Source: a virus
Length of the DNA: 64,000 nucleotides
IMG/VR virus record: IMGVR_UViG_3300025030_000054
Location: 41,688-105,687 of that record
Direction: 5' to 3' (one strand)
The notes under the pieces were generated by a model, which was not told the DNA's origin, did not search any database, and saw only the letters and a list, made by a program, of their open reading frames with translations. Both the position numbers and the translations under genes were made by a program. Of the stretch, positions 28,355 through 38,109 are shown piece after piece. The first letter of the stretch is position 1, and every line of letters starts with the position of its first letter.

Positions 28355-29860
28355 ATGCTAGAAATAAAAGAAACAGACGTAGGCAAAATCATAGAGCTAA
28401 CCATAGAGATGCAGCAAGCTAAATTTTATCCTGCTAAAAGAAAAATTCTCATATCATCTTTAACGTCACTAAAAGAATCTGAGAAATGGTTGCTCAATTT
28501 TTGTTGTTGGCAGTGCTTGTTCAACTCAAGGTTCAAGGCTATAGATGCAGATAAACTCTGTCTGTATGAACCAGCAAAAACCAACAAAACTACCTTTCAA
28601 GACTTCCTGAAAATAGTTAAAAAGTTTGATAGTAAAAGAGTTTCACCGTCGCGTTTAAAACCACTGCTACAATTCCTAGCAAACTGTGACGAGAAGCACC
28701 GAAACTTTTACCTAGCACTCTTTACCAAGGACTTTATAAACTATTTTCCGGCACTTGAAATACAAACCCTATTAGACTTAGACAGCATCAGTGGGGAGAA
28801 AGTGTACGGAGAACCTGAATATCTCAAGACTAGTTTTTCTGAGCTACGTTACCCCGTATCTCTACGTAGAATATCATCTAAAAAACTGACTCCTTATATC
28901 ATTGCTAAAGAGCCTCTGTCAACGATGCTGCTAACAAAAACAGAAGAAGGGTACAAAAGAGTTGTCAAATCGCCTCATATAAAGATTGACATAAAACTTT
29001 CAACAACTCCTAGATTCGCTGTTGCTGGTTTCTATGATTCCGACACGTATTATCCTACGGACTGTTTTAGTTATTGGGAAAGTTGTGCTGTGTATCTTAA
29101 GGGGATTGATCTTGACCAGCACCTTTATAGCAACAGAATAAGTGACCTAAATAACTTCGTAGATAGGAGCATGTTGGTACACACAGATTCTTCTAAGTCA
29201 TATTTTGCAACGTCTGAACAGGAAGTCATAGATGCAATTGCAGACTTGGCTAAAGGGTCAATGATTTCAGATATCTTGGTTTTGGATTCTGAAAGCACTC
29301 GTACAGGGGAAGCCTACCGAATTATTTGCAGAACTGCTTCAGGTATTATTGAGAGTGTGTCTGAGAATTACATTTCTGTGTGGGCTAATGGTGAGCTAGT
29401 AAATTGCTACTATAAGTTTGAAGGTAAAGAACAGGCTCTGCTGACTGCTCCTGAATTACTTAAAGACCGTGTGATGGAATTCTATTACGTCAAAATAGGT
29501 AATACCGAATACTCCATCGGTAAGGGGGTGTGCTGGCATCGTGAAAGGTGGAGGGAGATGAGGCTGAGAGGGACTAACATATGGATTGATAAATGTGCGT
29601 TGTGTGGCTCCACCCAACACAAACACGCTAACAGAGGTGTCTGCATTTCCTGCGAAGCCAACCTCCATTACTACTATGATACTTACGGCGTGGGAAACTG
29701 GATACAGCCTAGCCAGCAAATGATTAAGAAACGGTACGAGTCAGTGTGGAAGCCTAGTGCTTTGAATTTGGTTAAGTACAGATATAAAGGGACAACCCTA
29801 GAAGCTAATGAAACGGGTGAGTGGAGATTCACCCAAGGAGATTTGAATGAGCAAGACTAA
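28355..29860 (+). CDS. Degenerate DNA-ligase-like protein with C-terminal zinc finger
   Basis: Colinear similarity to the ligase at 2074 but no KxDxxR motif; CALC..H..RGVCISC. Confidence 0.6.
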   Translation: MLEIKETDVGKIIELTIEMQQAKFYPAKRKILISSLTSLKESEKWLLNFCCWQCLFNSRFKAIDADKLCLYEPAKTNKTTFQDFLKIVKKFDSKRVSPSRLKPLLQFLANCDEKHRNFYLALFTKDFINYFPALEIQTLLDLDSISGEKVYGEPEYLKTSFSELRYPVSLRRISSKKLTPYIIAKEPLSTMLLTKTEEGYKRVVKSPHIKIDIKLSTTPRFAVAGFYDSDTYYPTDCFSYWESCAVYLKGIDLDQHLYSNRISDLNNFVDRSMLVHTDSSKSYFATSEQEVIDAIADLAKGSMISDILVLDSESTRTGEAYRIICRTASGIIESVSENYISVWANGELVNCYYKFEGKEQALLTAPELLKDRVMEFYYVKIGNTEYSIGKGVCWHRERWREMRLRGTNIWIDKCALCGSTQHKHANRGVCISCEANLHYYYDTYGVGNWIQPSQQMIKKRYESVWKPSALNLVKYRYKGTTLEANETGEWRFTQGDLNEQD

Positions 29861-30203
29861 AGAAACCAAAGAAGAACTTTACAACATGTCTCAAGAAGAC
29901 CTGATCGAATTGCATAGAAGTACAACTGCTAAATGTCTGGAAGTTATGATGAAGAAGAACAATGACTATACTTCTGGAGGTAGCGTCTTTGCTAATTTTA
30001 ACGGGTCAACTGCCTTAGGAGTTCATCCTGTAATTGGGATTCTGCTAAGGTCTCTGGACAAGTTTAAAAGGATTCAGACCTTCGTAACTACTGGAGGGTT
30101 GGCTGTAGAAGGTGAGGGAGTTTTGGACGCTATAGATGACGTGGTAAATTACATGATACTTGCTAAAGGGATTATTATTGAACAGCAGCGCAGAGGTAAG
30201 TAA
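29847..30203 (+). CDS. Nucleotide-modification-associated all-alpha NTP-PPase-like protein (DUF1599-like)
   Basis: KKNNDY...FANF...R.LDK..R...D...D..NY. Confidence 0.7.
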   Translation: MSKTKETKEELYNMSQEDLIELHRSTTAKCLEVMMKKNNDYTSGGSVFANFNGSTALGVHPVIGILLRSLDKFKRIQTFVTTGGLAVEGEGVLDAIDDVVNYMILAKGIIIEQQRRGK

Positions 30204-30378
30204 TGACTAAAAATGACTGTAGTGTTATCTCGTACATAGATGAAGAATGTTCCTGTGTAAGGACTTTTAAGTATTGGTACCTAGGCGCAGCACAGCAGAA
30301 AGTAGAGGCTCTGAAGAAACTTGGCTATAAGTATGTATGGTGTTTTAAAGGTAGCCGTCAGATATAAAAGGAAAACTA

Positions 30379-30912
30379 ATGATTATAGGCATAGATCAAT
30401 CAAAGCGAAGCACGGCTGTTGTCTGTATGGATTTGGCAGGTAGGGTAGTTGACTTCCTTTTGATAAACCCTTCTAAAGAACTTGACGGAGAAATTTTAAT
30501 AGCTTATCAATGGGATCTTATAGATAGTTTTGTAAGTGCTTACCGAAGTGATTTGAAGGGTATCGCTCTAGAAGGACTCAGCTTTAATTCTGTAGGCTCT
30601 GGGAAAGATTTGCTTGCAGGGATATTTTGGGCAGTTCGGCTAAACTTGTATAAGAAGTTTCCTGAAATACCTGTCGGAGTTATTCCCTCTGCAAGTTGGC
30701 GTAGCGCGTTAATTGACAAAGAGAAGCGGAAGAAGATTAAAGAGTTAGGTATAAAAGATGGTCTTAAAAGGGCTACTGTAGATGAACTTCCTTTTGAGGT
30801 GCGTGTTAGATTTGAGAATTATATTCGTGAGAATGGAATTAAGAAAGAGGCGTTGTGGGATTTGGCTGATGCATTTGGGATAGCGAAGTATAGACTGGGT
30901 TTGGAGAGCTAG
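30379..30912 (+). CDS. RuvC-like Holliday junction resolvase
   Basis: IIGIDQS..ST, ALEG, P.ASWR, DLADAFGIA. Confidence 0.8.
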   Translation: MIIGIDQSKRSTAVVCMDLAGRVVDFLLINPSKELDGEILIAYQWDLIDSFVSAYRSDLKGIALEGLSFNSVGSGKDLLAGIFWAVRLNLYKKFPEIPVGVIPSASWRSALIDKEKRKKIKELGIKDGLKRATVDELPFEVRVRFENYIRENGIKKEALWDLADAFGIAKYRLGLES

Positions 30913-30941
30913 AAATTAGAATTTTGGTAGGAAGGTGTTTT

Positions 30942-31853
30942 ATGGGCGGTAAAGTAAAAGATTTGGTGGGAAAGACTTTTGGCCTGTGGACCGTAAAGTA
31001 CATGACCAAAAAGATCACAGGATACGGAGCCTATTGGCATTGTGTTTGTGAGTGTGGTACTGAGAGGGAAATTAGAGGGTCTGCACTAAAGAATAGATCG
31101 GTCTATTCTTGCGGTTGTAAGAATCGCAGGATACTAGCCGCTGAGAGGTTTCCAGAAACGGGATCTAAGGAGTACTACTCAGAGGTCATAGCAAAAGCAG
31201 CAGACCCTTCGGGGCTAAGGATAGGATCACTTACAATATTAAACTTAGTGCCCAAAGAACAAAGAATGCGTAGCAGGGATAGAGACGTAATTTGCAAATG
31301 TGACTGCGGTAAGATTATTCAGAGAAGTGTGCACAGTTTGAAGAGAACCCACTCCTGCGGGTGTCTTCGCACTCCTAACTTAAAAGGCAAAACGTTTGGG
31401 CGTATCACAGTAACGTCAGAACCCTATAAGCTAGATGGAGTTTTGGTGGCGGATTACTTATGCATTTGTGGCAATACAGGGTCTGCTCCAAACACCGTGC
31501 TACATAGGGGCGGAACTACCTCATGCGGTGTAGGTATTTGTCACTACAGTTATAACCCGACGCTAACCGAAGAGGATAGAGTTAGAGGTAGGAAATACGA
31601 AGAGTATTATGAATGGAGAAGAGGAGTATACGCTAGGGATAATTATGTGTGTGTTGTTTGTGGTACTAAAGGGGATATACAGGCACATCACATACTAGCG
31701 TATAAAGCCTACCCAGAACATCAGACTGTATTACCTAACGGCATAACTCTTTGCAGACCCTGCCACGAATCTTTTCACGATGTGTATGGTAAGGGAGATA
31801 ACAACCTAATGCAGTTAATAGAATGGAACCCACTAAAAGGAGTATTGACTTAA
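30942..31853 (+). CDS. HNH homing endonuclease with three C.C.CG...SCG repeats
   Basis: DLVGKTFGLWTV-type repeats; RDNYVCVVCG...AHHI...NGITLC..CH..FH. Confidence 0.85.
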   Translation: MGGKVKDLVGKTFGLWTVKYMTKKITGYGAYWHCVCECGTEREIRGSALKNRSVYSCGCKNRRILAAERFPETGSKEYYSEVIAKAADPSGLRIGSLTILNLVPKEQRMRSRDRDVICKCDCGKIIQRSVHSLKRTHSCGCLRTPNLKGKTFGRITVTSEPYKLDGVLVADYLCICGNTGSAPNTVLHRGGTTSCGVGICHYSYNPTLTEEDRVRGRKYEEYYEWRRGVYARDNYVCVVCGTKGDIQAHHILAYKAYPEHQTVLPNGITLCRPCHESFHDVYGKGDNNLMQLIEWNPLKGVLT

Positions 31854-32443
31854 TGACCAGTATAGCAGAAACATTCTTCAGTCAGGAGTTAAATGATATG
31901 ACTGATGATTCAATTCGTAATTTTTCGACTTATGTTTTAGATAATGCTCCACACTATTTTTCGTTGTGCCCTGCGTCTTCTTCAAAACGATATCACTCTA
32001 AGCAGTCTAATCAGATGCCTGGAGGACTAATAAACCACACAAGGGCGGTGGCTTATTTTATCGGAATACTTTGTAGAGGTTATAACATTGAGGGTAAAGC
32101 TAAAGATAAGATAGTAGCATCTGGACTTTTCCACGATGAACTTAAGCTTGGTTTGCCTATGCAGCGTTACACAGACCCTCACCACCCACGTAAAGGTGCA
32201 GACTTTGTATACTCCCTTTACAAACAATATACAGCAGAAGGGGGTGTAGTTGACAAAGATGATGTTATAGAAATTTGTAGAGCTTTGAATTTTCATCATG
32301 GCAGGTGGACCGAAGAAAAGTATCGTAAAAAATTTCCTGAAGAATATACTACACCAGAACTTATACTTCACCTAGCAGACTTAATCTCAGCGGGTAAAGA
32401 AGTAAACCTAGAGTTCCTAGAGCAGGCTTCTCTAATAGGCTAA
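31853..32443 (+). CDS. HD-domain phosphohydrolase
   Basis: PAS...YH, GGLINHT, FHD..K.G, HHGRW, HLAD. Confidence 0.82.
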   Translation: MTSIAETFFSQELNDMTDDSIRNFSTYVLDNAPHYFSLCPASSSKRYHSKQSNQMPGGLINHTRAVAYFIGILCRGYNIEGKAKDKIVASGLFHDELKLGLPMQRYTDPHHPRKGADFVYSLYKQYTAEGGVVDKDDVIEICRALNFHHGRWTEEKYRKKFPEEYTTPELILHLADLISAGKEVNLEFLEQASLIG

Positions 32444-32643
32444 AAAATTCTCCAGCAAGGAGGCAAACAAAATGGTTAATAAAAATGATAACACAATTAA
32501 CAACCAAAGCAACAAACTAAAAGACCTTTACCAGCAAGCCAAGGAGGTTGAGGAGCGGCTGACTTCTCTGTCTAAAAATCAAAAGTACCTTCTTAAGAAA
32601 CATGAAAGGCTGTGTAAAGAAATTATAAGGGAGGAAAAGAAAC

Positions 32644-33090
32644 GTGGGTAAGATTAATGTTAAGATCAAACAAATGAAAGATGGTAGGCATCCCCTCCCT
32701 AAATATGCTCATAAAGGTGACGCAGGAGTTGACTTCTATGCTTACCTTGATGAACCCCTCAGACTGTTTGCAGGGGACCGAGCACTCATCCCTTTGGGCG
32801 TCGCTGTGAGTTTGCCTGACGGGTACGAACTTCAGTTGCGCCCTAGGTCTGGGTTGGCACTTAAGAAAGGAATTTCGCTCTGCAATGCGCCAGGCACTGT
32901 GGATTGCGGATTTTTGAACGAAGTTGGCGCTATTATTATCAATCACGGCTCTGAGATGGTAGTCATCAACGACGGCGAACGGATCTGTCAAGGAGTTTTT
33001 AATGAATATTCAGAAGCAACATTCGAAGAAGTCGATGAACTGGATGACACCGAAAGAGGCACTAACGGTTTCGGAAGCACAGGGGTCTAA
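32644..33090 (+). CDS. dut: Trimeric dUTPase
   Basis: AGVD, RPRSGLA, GTVD, ERICQ, RGTNGFGSTG. Confidence 0.95.
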   Translation: MGKINVKIKQMKDGRHPLPKYAHKGDAGVDFYAYLDEPLRLFAGDRALIPLGVAVSLPDGYELQLRPRSGLALKKGISLCNAPGTVDCGFLNEVGAIIINHGSEMVVINDGERICQGVFNEYSEATFEEVDELDDTERGTNGFGSTGV

Positions 33091-33838
33091 TATTTATACT
33101 CCTAAATTTATTGGCAGGAAAACCTCTTGGACAACTAAACAAACTACCGAAACAAATAACTGCAATCACCGACCAGAGACTACTGGAGATTTGATTCAGG
33201 ACATTTACAGAGAACACCTTCAACATAGGCAAATTATAATCAACGAAGTAATTACCGACCAGTCCGTTAGCACGGTAGCCCTTCAGATTATGAAATTCAA
33301 TGAAGAAGATGACGAAAGAACTATGTGTGAGGTAGGATATGATAGAATGTCCAATCCTATAACTTTGAAAATCTCTTCTGATGGTGGGCATGTTGATGCT
33401 GGTTTAGCTATTATTTCCCAGATCGTTTCAAGTAATACTCCTGTGATTGGCGTGGCGGTTGGTGCTTGTTCCTCTATGAGTGCTTTGATTCTTGTAAGTT
33501 GTCATGCCAGATTTTGTGGGAAATATAGCAGAATTATGCTACATAGCCTGTTCGGTGGCAATGCAGATAAATTTAGAGGACTAACTGAGCACGCCGACGA
33601 GGTAACTAAACTCCAAGCGGTTCTGGATTCTATCGTTACAGATCGCACTCTAATTACCCAAAAAGAGCTGGATGAACTGCATGACAGAAAACGTGACTGG
33701 TTCTTGAACAGCAGTGAAGCTGTTGATTTGGGGGTAGTTGATGAAGTAATTGGGGTAGGAATTCAGATGAGTCCTATGAAAGCACGTAAAAAGAATGTGA
33801 AGGCTGCTGGTAAAGGGAAGGGTAGGGTTGTGGGTTAA
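33002..33838 (+). CDS. clpP: ClpP-like serine protease (true start uncertain, probably after 33090)
   Basis: ISSDGG.V..G, ACSSMS, RIMLH, RDWFL...EAV.LG.VD. Confidence 0.8.
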   Translation: MNIQKQHSKKSMNWMTPKEALTVSEAQGSNIYTPKFIGRKTSWTTKQTTETNNCNHRPETTGDLIQDIYREHLQHRQIIINEVITDQSVSTVALQIMKFNEEDDERTMCEVGYDRMSNPITLKISSDGGHVDAGLAIISQIVSSNTPVIGVAVGACSSMSALILVSCHARFCGKYSRIMLHSLFGGNADKFRGLTEHADEVTKLQAVLDSIVTDRTLITQKELDELHDRKRDWFLNSSEAVDLGVVDEVIGVGIQMSPMKARKKNVKAAGKGKGRVVG

Positions 33839-33850
33839 TAGTATTTTAAG

Positions 33851-33883
33851 GTAATAAAAAGATAGTGTTTTAGGTATATAATT
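33851..33883 (+). promoter_or_regulatory. Bipartite phage promoter motif (GTAATA-N17-GTATATAATT)
   Basis: Upstream of nrdD. Confidence 0.7.
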
Positions 33884-33951
33884 AAGTGTCACTAAAAGGG
33901 GTGGGTCAAACCGCCCCTTTAATTTTAACTTTAGCAAGAGGAGTTTTAAAA

Positions 33952-36885
33952 ATGTACTATGTCCCGATAAGTTACACAAGAGAATTTGTAGACCTGATGA
34001 TGTACCTAAAAACAAAGTATGGCCAGAAGTTGTTTGATCTGGAAGGTATAGGCAAGCAACTTGATATGTGCAAATTCTCTAAGGATTTTTTCTCAGCTAC
34101 TACTACGGCAGATGCCAGTGTAGACGCAAATGCCAACGTCACAGACACTTCCAATATTGCTTACGGTATTGAACTACCTAAACCTTATTTCAAACTCAAT
34201 AGCTATTTCATGTTGTGGAAGCATATGAGAAAACTATATGGCATGGAGGTTGCCAACTCTACTATAGAGCAGCAGCTTACAGGGTCGGTATACGTAAATG
34301 ATTTTCTTGGAATCGCTGCTGGAAGTCCGTACTGCTTTAATTACAGTACCTACGATATCATGCTTCTGGGCCTACCTATGGTGGATAAAATTAAGTCGGT
34401 AGCCCCCAAATACCTGTATAGTTTCAAAAGCCAACTTGAGCAGTTTGTTGTAATTGCTTCTAACTCTACCCTCGGTGCTGCTGGGCTGGCTGATCTTCTG
34501 ATTGTAATGAGCTACTATGTCAAAAATATTCTAAGTACTAAATCAGATGCTGGATTTTCTTTCAAGGATGAGGCGGCTTGCTGGAACTACGTTAAAGAAA
34601 CTTTGGTGAGTTTTATCTACACTATTAACCAGCCAATGCGAGGCAATCAGTCACCGTTTACTAATGTATCTATTTATGACTCAGAGTTTTTGAATTCTCT
34701 TTGCCCCCAATACGTGTTTCCTGACGGCAGCACTCCAGATATATACTTAGTTCAGCGGATTCAGGAACTCTTCTTGGATGTTATGAACTCAGAAATGAAA
34801 CGCACTCCTGTGACTTTCCCAATTACCACAGCTTGCTTCTCTGTAAATGACGATAAGAAAATTACGGACGAAGCATTCATTGAGTTCATCGCTGAAAAGA
34901 ACACAGAGTTTGGCTTTATCAATATGTACATAGGTAAGAGTTCAACGCTCTCAAGTTGCTGTTTCACTGGCGATCAAAAAGTTCTCGTGAGGGATAGCTA
35001 TGCGGGTGTGAGGTTAATGCCTATTGAGAAATACGCCACCACCCCCTTTGAAGAAAAACCTAACGCAACCGTATACCATGATGGGTCTTGGGTTAAAGGC
35101 AAAACGGTAAAAACTAAATACACCGGCAAACTGTACACTATCAAAACTGCTAATAAAAAAGAAGTCACTGTGACTGCCGACCATATTTTTCCCACACAGA
35201 ATGGGGATAAGAATGCTGCGGATATCACTTTAGATGAAATGTTACTTTTTAATAGTTCTCCACTCACACCAGCTATGAGGGGAACCCAAGAGTTAACCTA
35301 CGAAGACGGTCTGTTGATAGGTGCTTACTTAGGAGATGGAAGTATTTATTACAGAAACAATGGGGCATCTGTTGAAGTTACTATGTCGGTAACTGAGGTG
35401 AAACTTGAAAGACTGCCCTTCTTGAAGTCTTGGAATATTTACCCTAGCAAAAATAATGTGGTATTTGCTAAGAGCTATTCTTTAGAAACAGCAGCTAAGA
35501 TTGAAGAGTGGGTTACTGTGGGTAGAGCGCCAGATAAGCGTTTGTCTATGCAGGTACTAGACCAACCTTACGAGTTTAGAGAAGGAATTTTAGACGGACT
35601 TTACGCCACTGACGGAGGCAATAGCAACCGAATTTATACCACATCAGAAGGTCTGGCAGAGGACTTGGAAGTCCTTCTTACCAGCCTCGGAAGACAGAGT
35701 ATAATGGACGTGTCTGACAGGACTGACGAGCCTGTAGTGATTAGGGGAGAAGAGTTCAACAGAAACTACCCGCTACATTGTGTGAGATGGTACGCCCCTA
35801 AAAATTCAAGAAAACAGGAAGGTATATATCTTAAGAGAAATGGTAATACCTATTTCAAGGCAACTGAGATAGCCGTGAGGGAGGTTGTTGAAGAAGAAGT
35901 TTACTGCTTTGAGGTTCTAAATACAGATGAGCCGTATTTCACGCTACCTAATGGAATTATAACCCACAATTGTCGCCTCAGAAGTGATACAGATAACGAG
36001 TACTTCAATAGTTTTGGTTCTGGTAGCTCTAAGATTGGCTCATTGGGTGTTACTACAATTAATCTTCCGAGGCTTGCTTTTAAAACAGCAGGGCTATCAA
36101 AAGATACTGCCGAACGAGAAGCCTATTTCTGGAGTGAGCTTAAAGAGTTGGTAGGCATTGCCGCTAGAGTCAACCACACTAAGCGAGATATCGTAAAGAG
36201 CAGAATTGACAGTAATAATCTGCCGCTGTACTCTTTAGGTTTTATGGACCTATCTAAACAATACTCAACGCTAGGGGTAAACGGTCTTAATGAGTGCCTA
36301 GAAATTTTAGGGCTTAACATTTTGGCGAGTGATGGGCAAGAATTTGTTGTTCGAATACTCGAAACCATAAACTCTGAAAATGATAAATTCCAAAAGGCTT
36401 ACAAAACTCCCCATAACTGCGAGCAAATTCCAGGAGAAAATGTCTCTATTAAACTTGCAGATAAAGATAGGTTTATGGGGTATAACGATAGGTACGAACT
36501 TTATAGCAATCAGTTTATACCCCTCACAACTAAAGCTGACCTGCTAGACCGTATTCATCTTCAAGGTTTGTTTGACAGTCATTTTTCGGGTGGCGCTATT
36601 TGTCACTTGAATATTGAAGAGAAGGTAGAAGATACTAAGAAAGTAGTAGAACTTATCAAGATGTGTGCAGAGAAGGGTGTAATTTATTTTGCCTTAAACT
36701 ACAATCTGCAACGTTGTTCTGAAGGCCACATGTCTGTAGGTAAGAAGGAAACTTGTGGGGTATGTGGCGGGGAAGTGATAGATAACTATACAAGGGTTGT
36801 TGGGTTCCTGACCAATGTAAAGAACTGGCATAAGGTAAGACGCGAGCAAGATTATCCTGAAAGACAGTTTTATAAAGAGGCTTAG
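33952..36885 (+). CDS. nrdD: Anaerobic (class III) ribonucleotide reductase, intein-containing
   Basis: GAGGAG RBS; QSPFTN, SSC/CRL finger loop, PGEN, C..GH...CGVCG, RVVGFL glycyl-radical motif. Confidence 0.93.
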   Translation: MYYVPISYTREFVDLMMYLKTKYGQKLFDLEGIGKQLDMCKFSKDFFSATTTADASVDANANVTDTSNIAYGIELPKPYFKLNSYFMLWKHMRKLYGMEVANSTIEQQLTGSVYVNDFLGIAAGSPYCFNYSTYDIMLLGLPMVDKIKSVAPKYLYSFKSQLEQFVVIASNSTLGAAGLADLLIVMSYYVKNILSTKSDAGFSFKDEAACWNYVKETLVSFIYTINQPMRGNQSPFTNVSIYDSEFLNSLCPQYVFPDGSTPDIYLVQRIQELFLDVMNSEMKRTPVTFPITTACFSVNDDKKITDEAFIEFIAEKNTEFGFINMYIGKSSTLSSCCFTGDQKVLVRDSYAGVRLMPIEKYATTPFEEKPNATVYHDGSWVKGKTVKTKYTGKLYTIKTANKKEVTVTADHIFPTQNGDKNAADITLDEMLLFNSSPLTPAMRGTQELTYEDGLLIGAYLGDGSIYYRNNGASVEVTMSVTEVKLERLPFLKSWNIYPSKNNVVFAKSYSLETAAKIEEWVTVGRAPDKRLSMQVLDQPYEFREGILDGLYATDGGNSNRIYTTSEGLAEDLEVLLTSLGRQSIMDVSDRTDEPVVIRGEEFNRNYPLHCVRWYAPKNSRKQEGIYLKRNGNTYFKATEIAVREVVEEEVYCFEVLNTDEPYFTLPNGIITHNCRLRSDTDNEYFNSFGSGSSKIGSLGVTTINLPRLAFKTAGLSKDTAEREAYFWSELKELVGIAARVNHTKRDIVKSRIDSNNLPLYSLGFMDLSKQYSTLGVNGLNECLEILGLNILASDGQEFVVRILETINSENDKFQKAYKTPHNCEQIPGENVSIKLADKDRFMGYNDRYELYSNQFIPLTTKADLLDRIHLQGLFDSHFSGGAICHLNIEEKVEDTKKVVELIKMCAEKGVIYFALNYNLQRCSEGHMSVGKKETCGVCGGEVIDNYTRVVGFLTNVKNWHKVRREQDYPERQFYKEA
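34960..35970 (+). mobile_element. Intein with LAGLIDADG homing endonuclease (337 aa)
   Basis: Starts CFTGDQKV, block B VTADHIF, LIGAYLGDG and LDGLYATDG, ends ITHN before C; splicing restores SSCCRL. Confidence 0.93.
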
Positions 36886-36892
36886 AGTATAA

Positions 36893-37351
36893 GTGAGATT
36901 CTTAACTACACAGTATACTCTTTCTAAAGGTGCATTAGAAATTTACTTTTCAGGTTGTAAAGGACCGCATTGTAGGGGTTGCCATAACCCCGAAACTCAG
37001 TCTTTTAGTTTAGGTACAGAAGTAGGTGCTAAAGAACTATCTAGCATTATTAAGGCTAAGGTGCAGTCTTTTGGTACGCTTATAGAAAGTATAATGATCT
37101 TAGGGGGCGAGCCTCTAGACCAACCACAGAAAGAACTAGAAGAGTTTATTCAAGCACTGTCAGATCTTAACCTACCTATCTGGCTGTTTACTAGGTATGA
37201 ACTTTCACAAGTACCTTTTAGTTTGCGTATAAAGTTCAGTTATATTAAGACTGGAAGGTACCTCGAAGAGTTCAAGGGCGAAAAGACTCAGTACGGCATT
37301 ACGTTAGCAACTAGCAATCAAAAAATTCATAAAAGAGGTTTAGACTACTAA
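36893..37351 (+). CDS. nrdG: Anaerobic RNR activase (radical SAM)
   Basis: SGCKGPHCRGCHN, LGGEP, KTGRY, SNQ. Confidence 0.92.
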   Translation: MRFLTTQYTLSKGALEIYFSGCKGPHCRGCHNPETQSFSLGTEVGAKELSSIIKAKVQSFGTLIESIMILGGEPLDQPQKELEEFIQALSDLNLPIWLFTRYELSQVPFSLRIKFSYIKTGRYLEEFKGEKTQYGITLATSNQKIHKRGLDY

Positions 37352-37356
37352 CAAAC

Positions 37357-37390
37357 AAAAGCCCCTACAAACTATCTTGTAGGGGCTTTT
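37357..37390. terminator. Bidirectional terminator at the convergence of the two arms
   Basis: AAAAGCCCCTACAA-ACTATC-TTGTAGGGGCTTTT. Confidence 0.85.
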
Positions 37391-37416
37391 CTCATTCATC
37401 CGAAAAATCATCTAAA

Positions 37417-37430
37417 TAGGTAATTACCTA
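37417..37430. promoter_or_regulatory. 14-bp palindrome TAGGTAATTACCTA (copy 5)
   Basis: Perfect copy between convergent genes. Confidence 0.7.
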
Positions 37431-37455
37431 AATCATCGTAAAGTCATTAACCCAC

Positions 37456-38034
37456 CTAAAACTTCCTACCAACAAACTTGTTGTAGTAGCTAATAGAGTG
37501 ATCGCCAACATCCACCAACTCCTCACCACTATCCCCGTCTGCAATACCTACCCCTTCACATTTATGTTCAAAAAGAAATTTAGGTATCATCGCCACCGGA
37601 TCGTCCTTCATGAAAATTCTAACATGATCTACAGAGGACTCGAAAGACCAGTATTTAAAGTACACTCTAGGCGACCCGAAGGTAATGCAACCAACTCCTA
37701 ATTTCTCAGCGAATAAAGTAGCAACAGCACCTCCCAAAGAATGACCTGTAAAAATTATCTTCCGGTTATCTCCCAGCTCCTTTAGAATCTTAGGGCTAAG
37801 TTTATTAAAAGCTCTGACGAAGCCCCACGTACTAAAGAAACTTCCAAACTTCCAAGGGATAACGTTAATGTCCCTAGCAGCATTTCTAGCATTTGAGGTT
37901 CCTCTTATAGATACTAAAGTTAAGTCTGCTAAGTGTGTGATGGAATAGCCTAAGTCTTTAACCTCTGTGCAGTTATCATAGACCTCTTCAGATAGTTTGC
38001 CGCACAGTTTTATTAGTTCGTTTGTAATTGGCAT
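37456..38034 (-). CDS. Class 3 lipase / alpha-beta hydrolase
   Basis: IRGT, TGHSLGGA, TFGSPRV, DPVAMIP, H..Y. Confidence 0.88.
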   Translation of the reverse strand: MPITNELIKLCGKLSEEVYDNCTEVKDLGYSITHLADLTLVSIRGTSNARNAARDINVIPWKFGSFFSTWGFVRAFNKLSPKILKELGDNRKIIFTGHSLGGAVATLFAEKLGVGCITFGSPRVYFKYWSFESSVDHVRIFMKDDPVAMIPKFLFEHKCEGVGIADGDSGEELVDVGDHSISYYNKFVGRKF

Positions 38035-38080
38035 GGTGGGTACCTTTAAAATTATTTTTTACTAATAGTGCATTTTTTAC

Positions 38081-38109
38081 TTGACTTTTTGCCGAAAATG
38101 TGCTATAAT
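38081..38109 (+). promoter_or_regulatory. Sigma70-type promoter firing into a non-coding region
   Basis: TTGACT-17 nt-TATAAT with TG extension. Confidence 0.75.
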
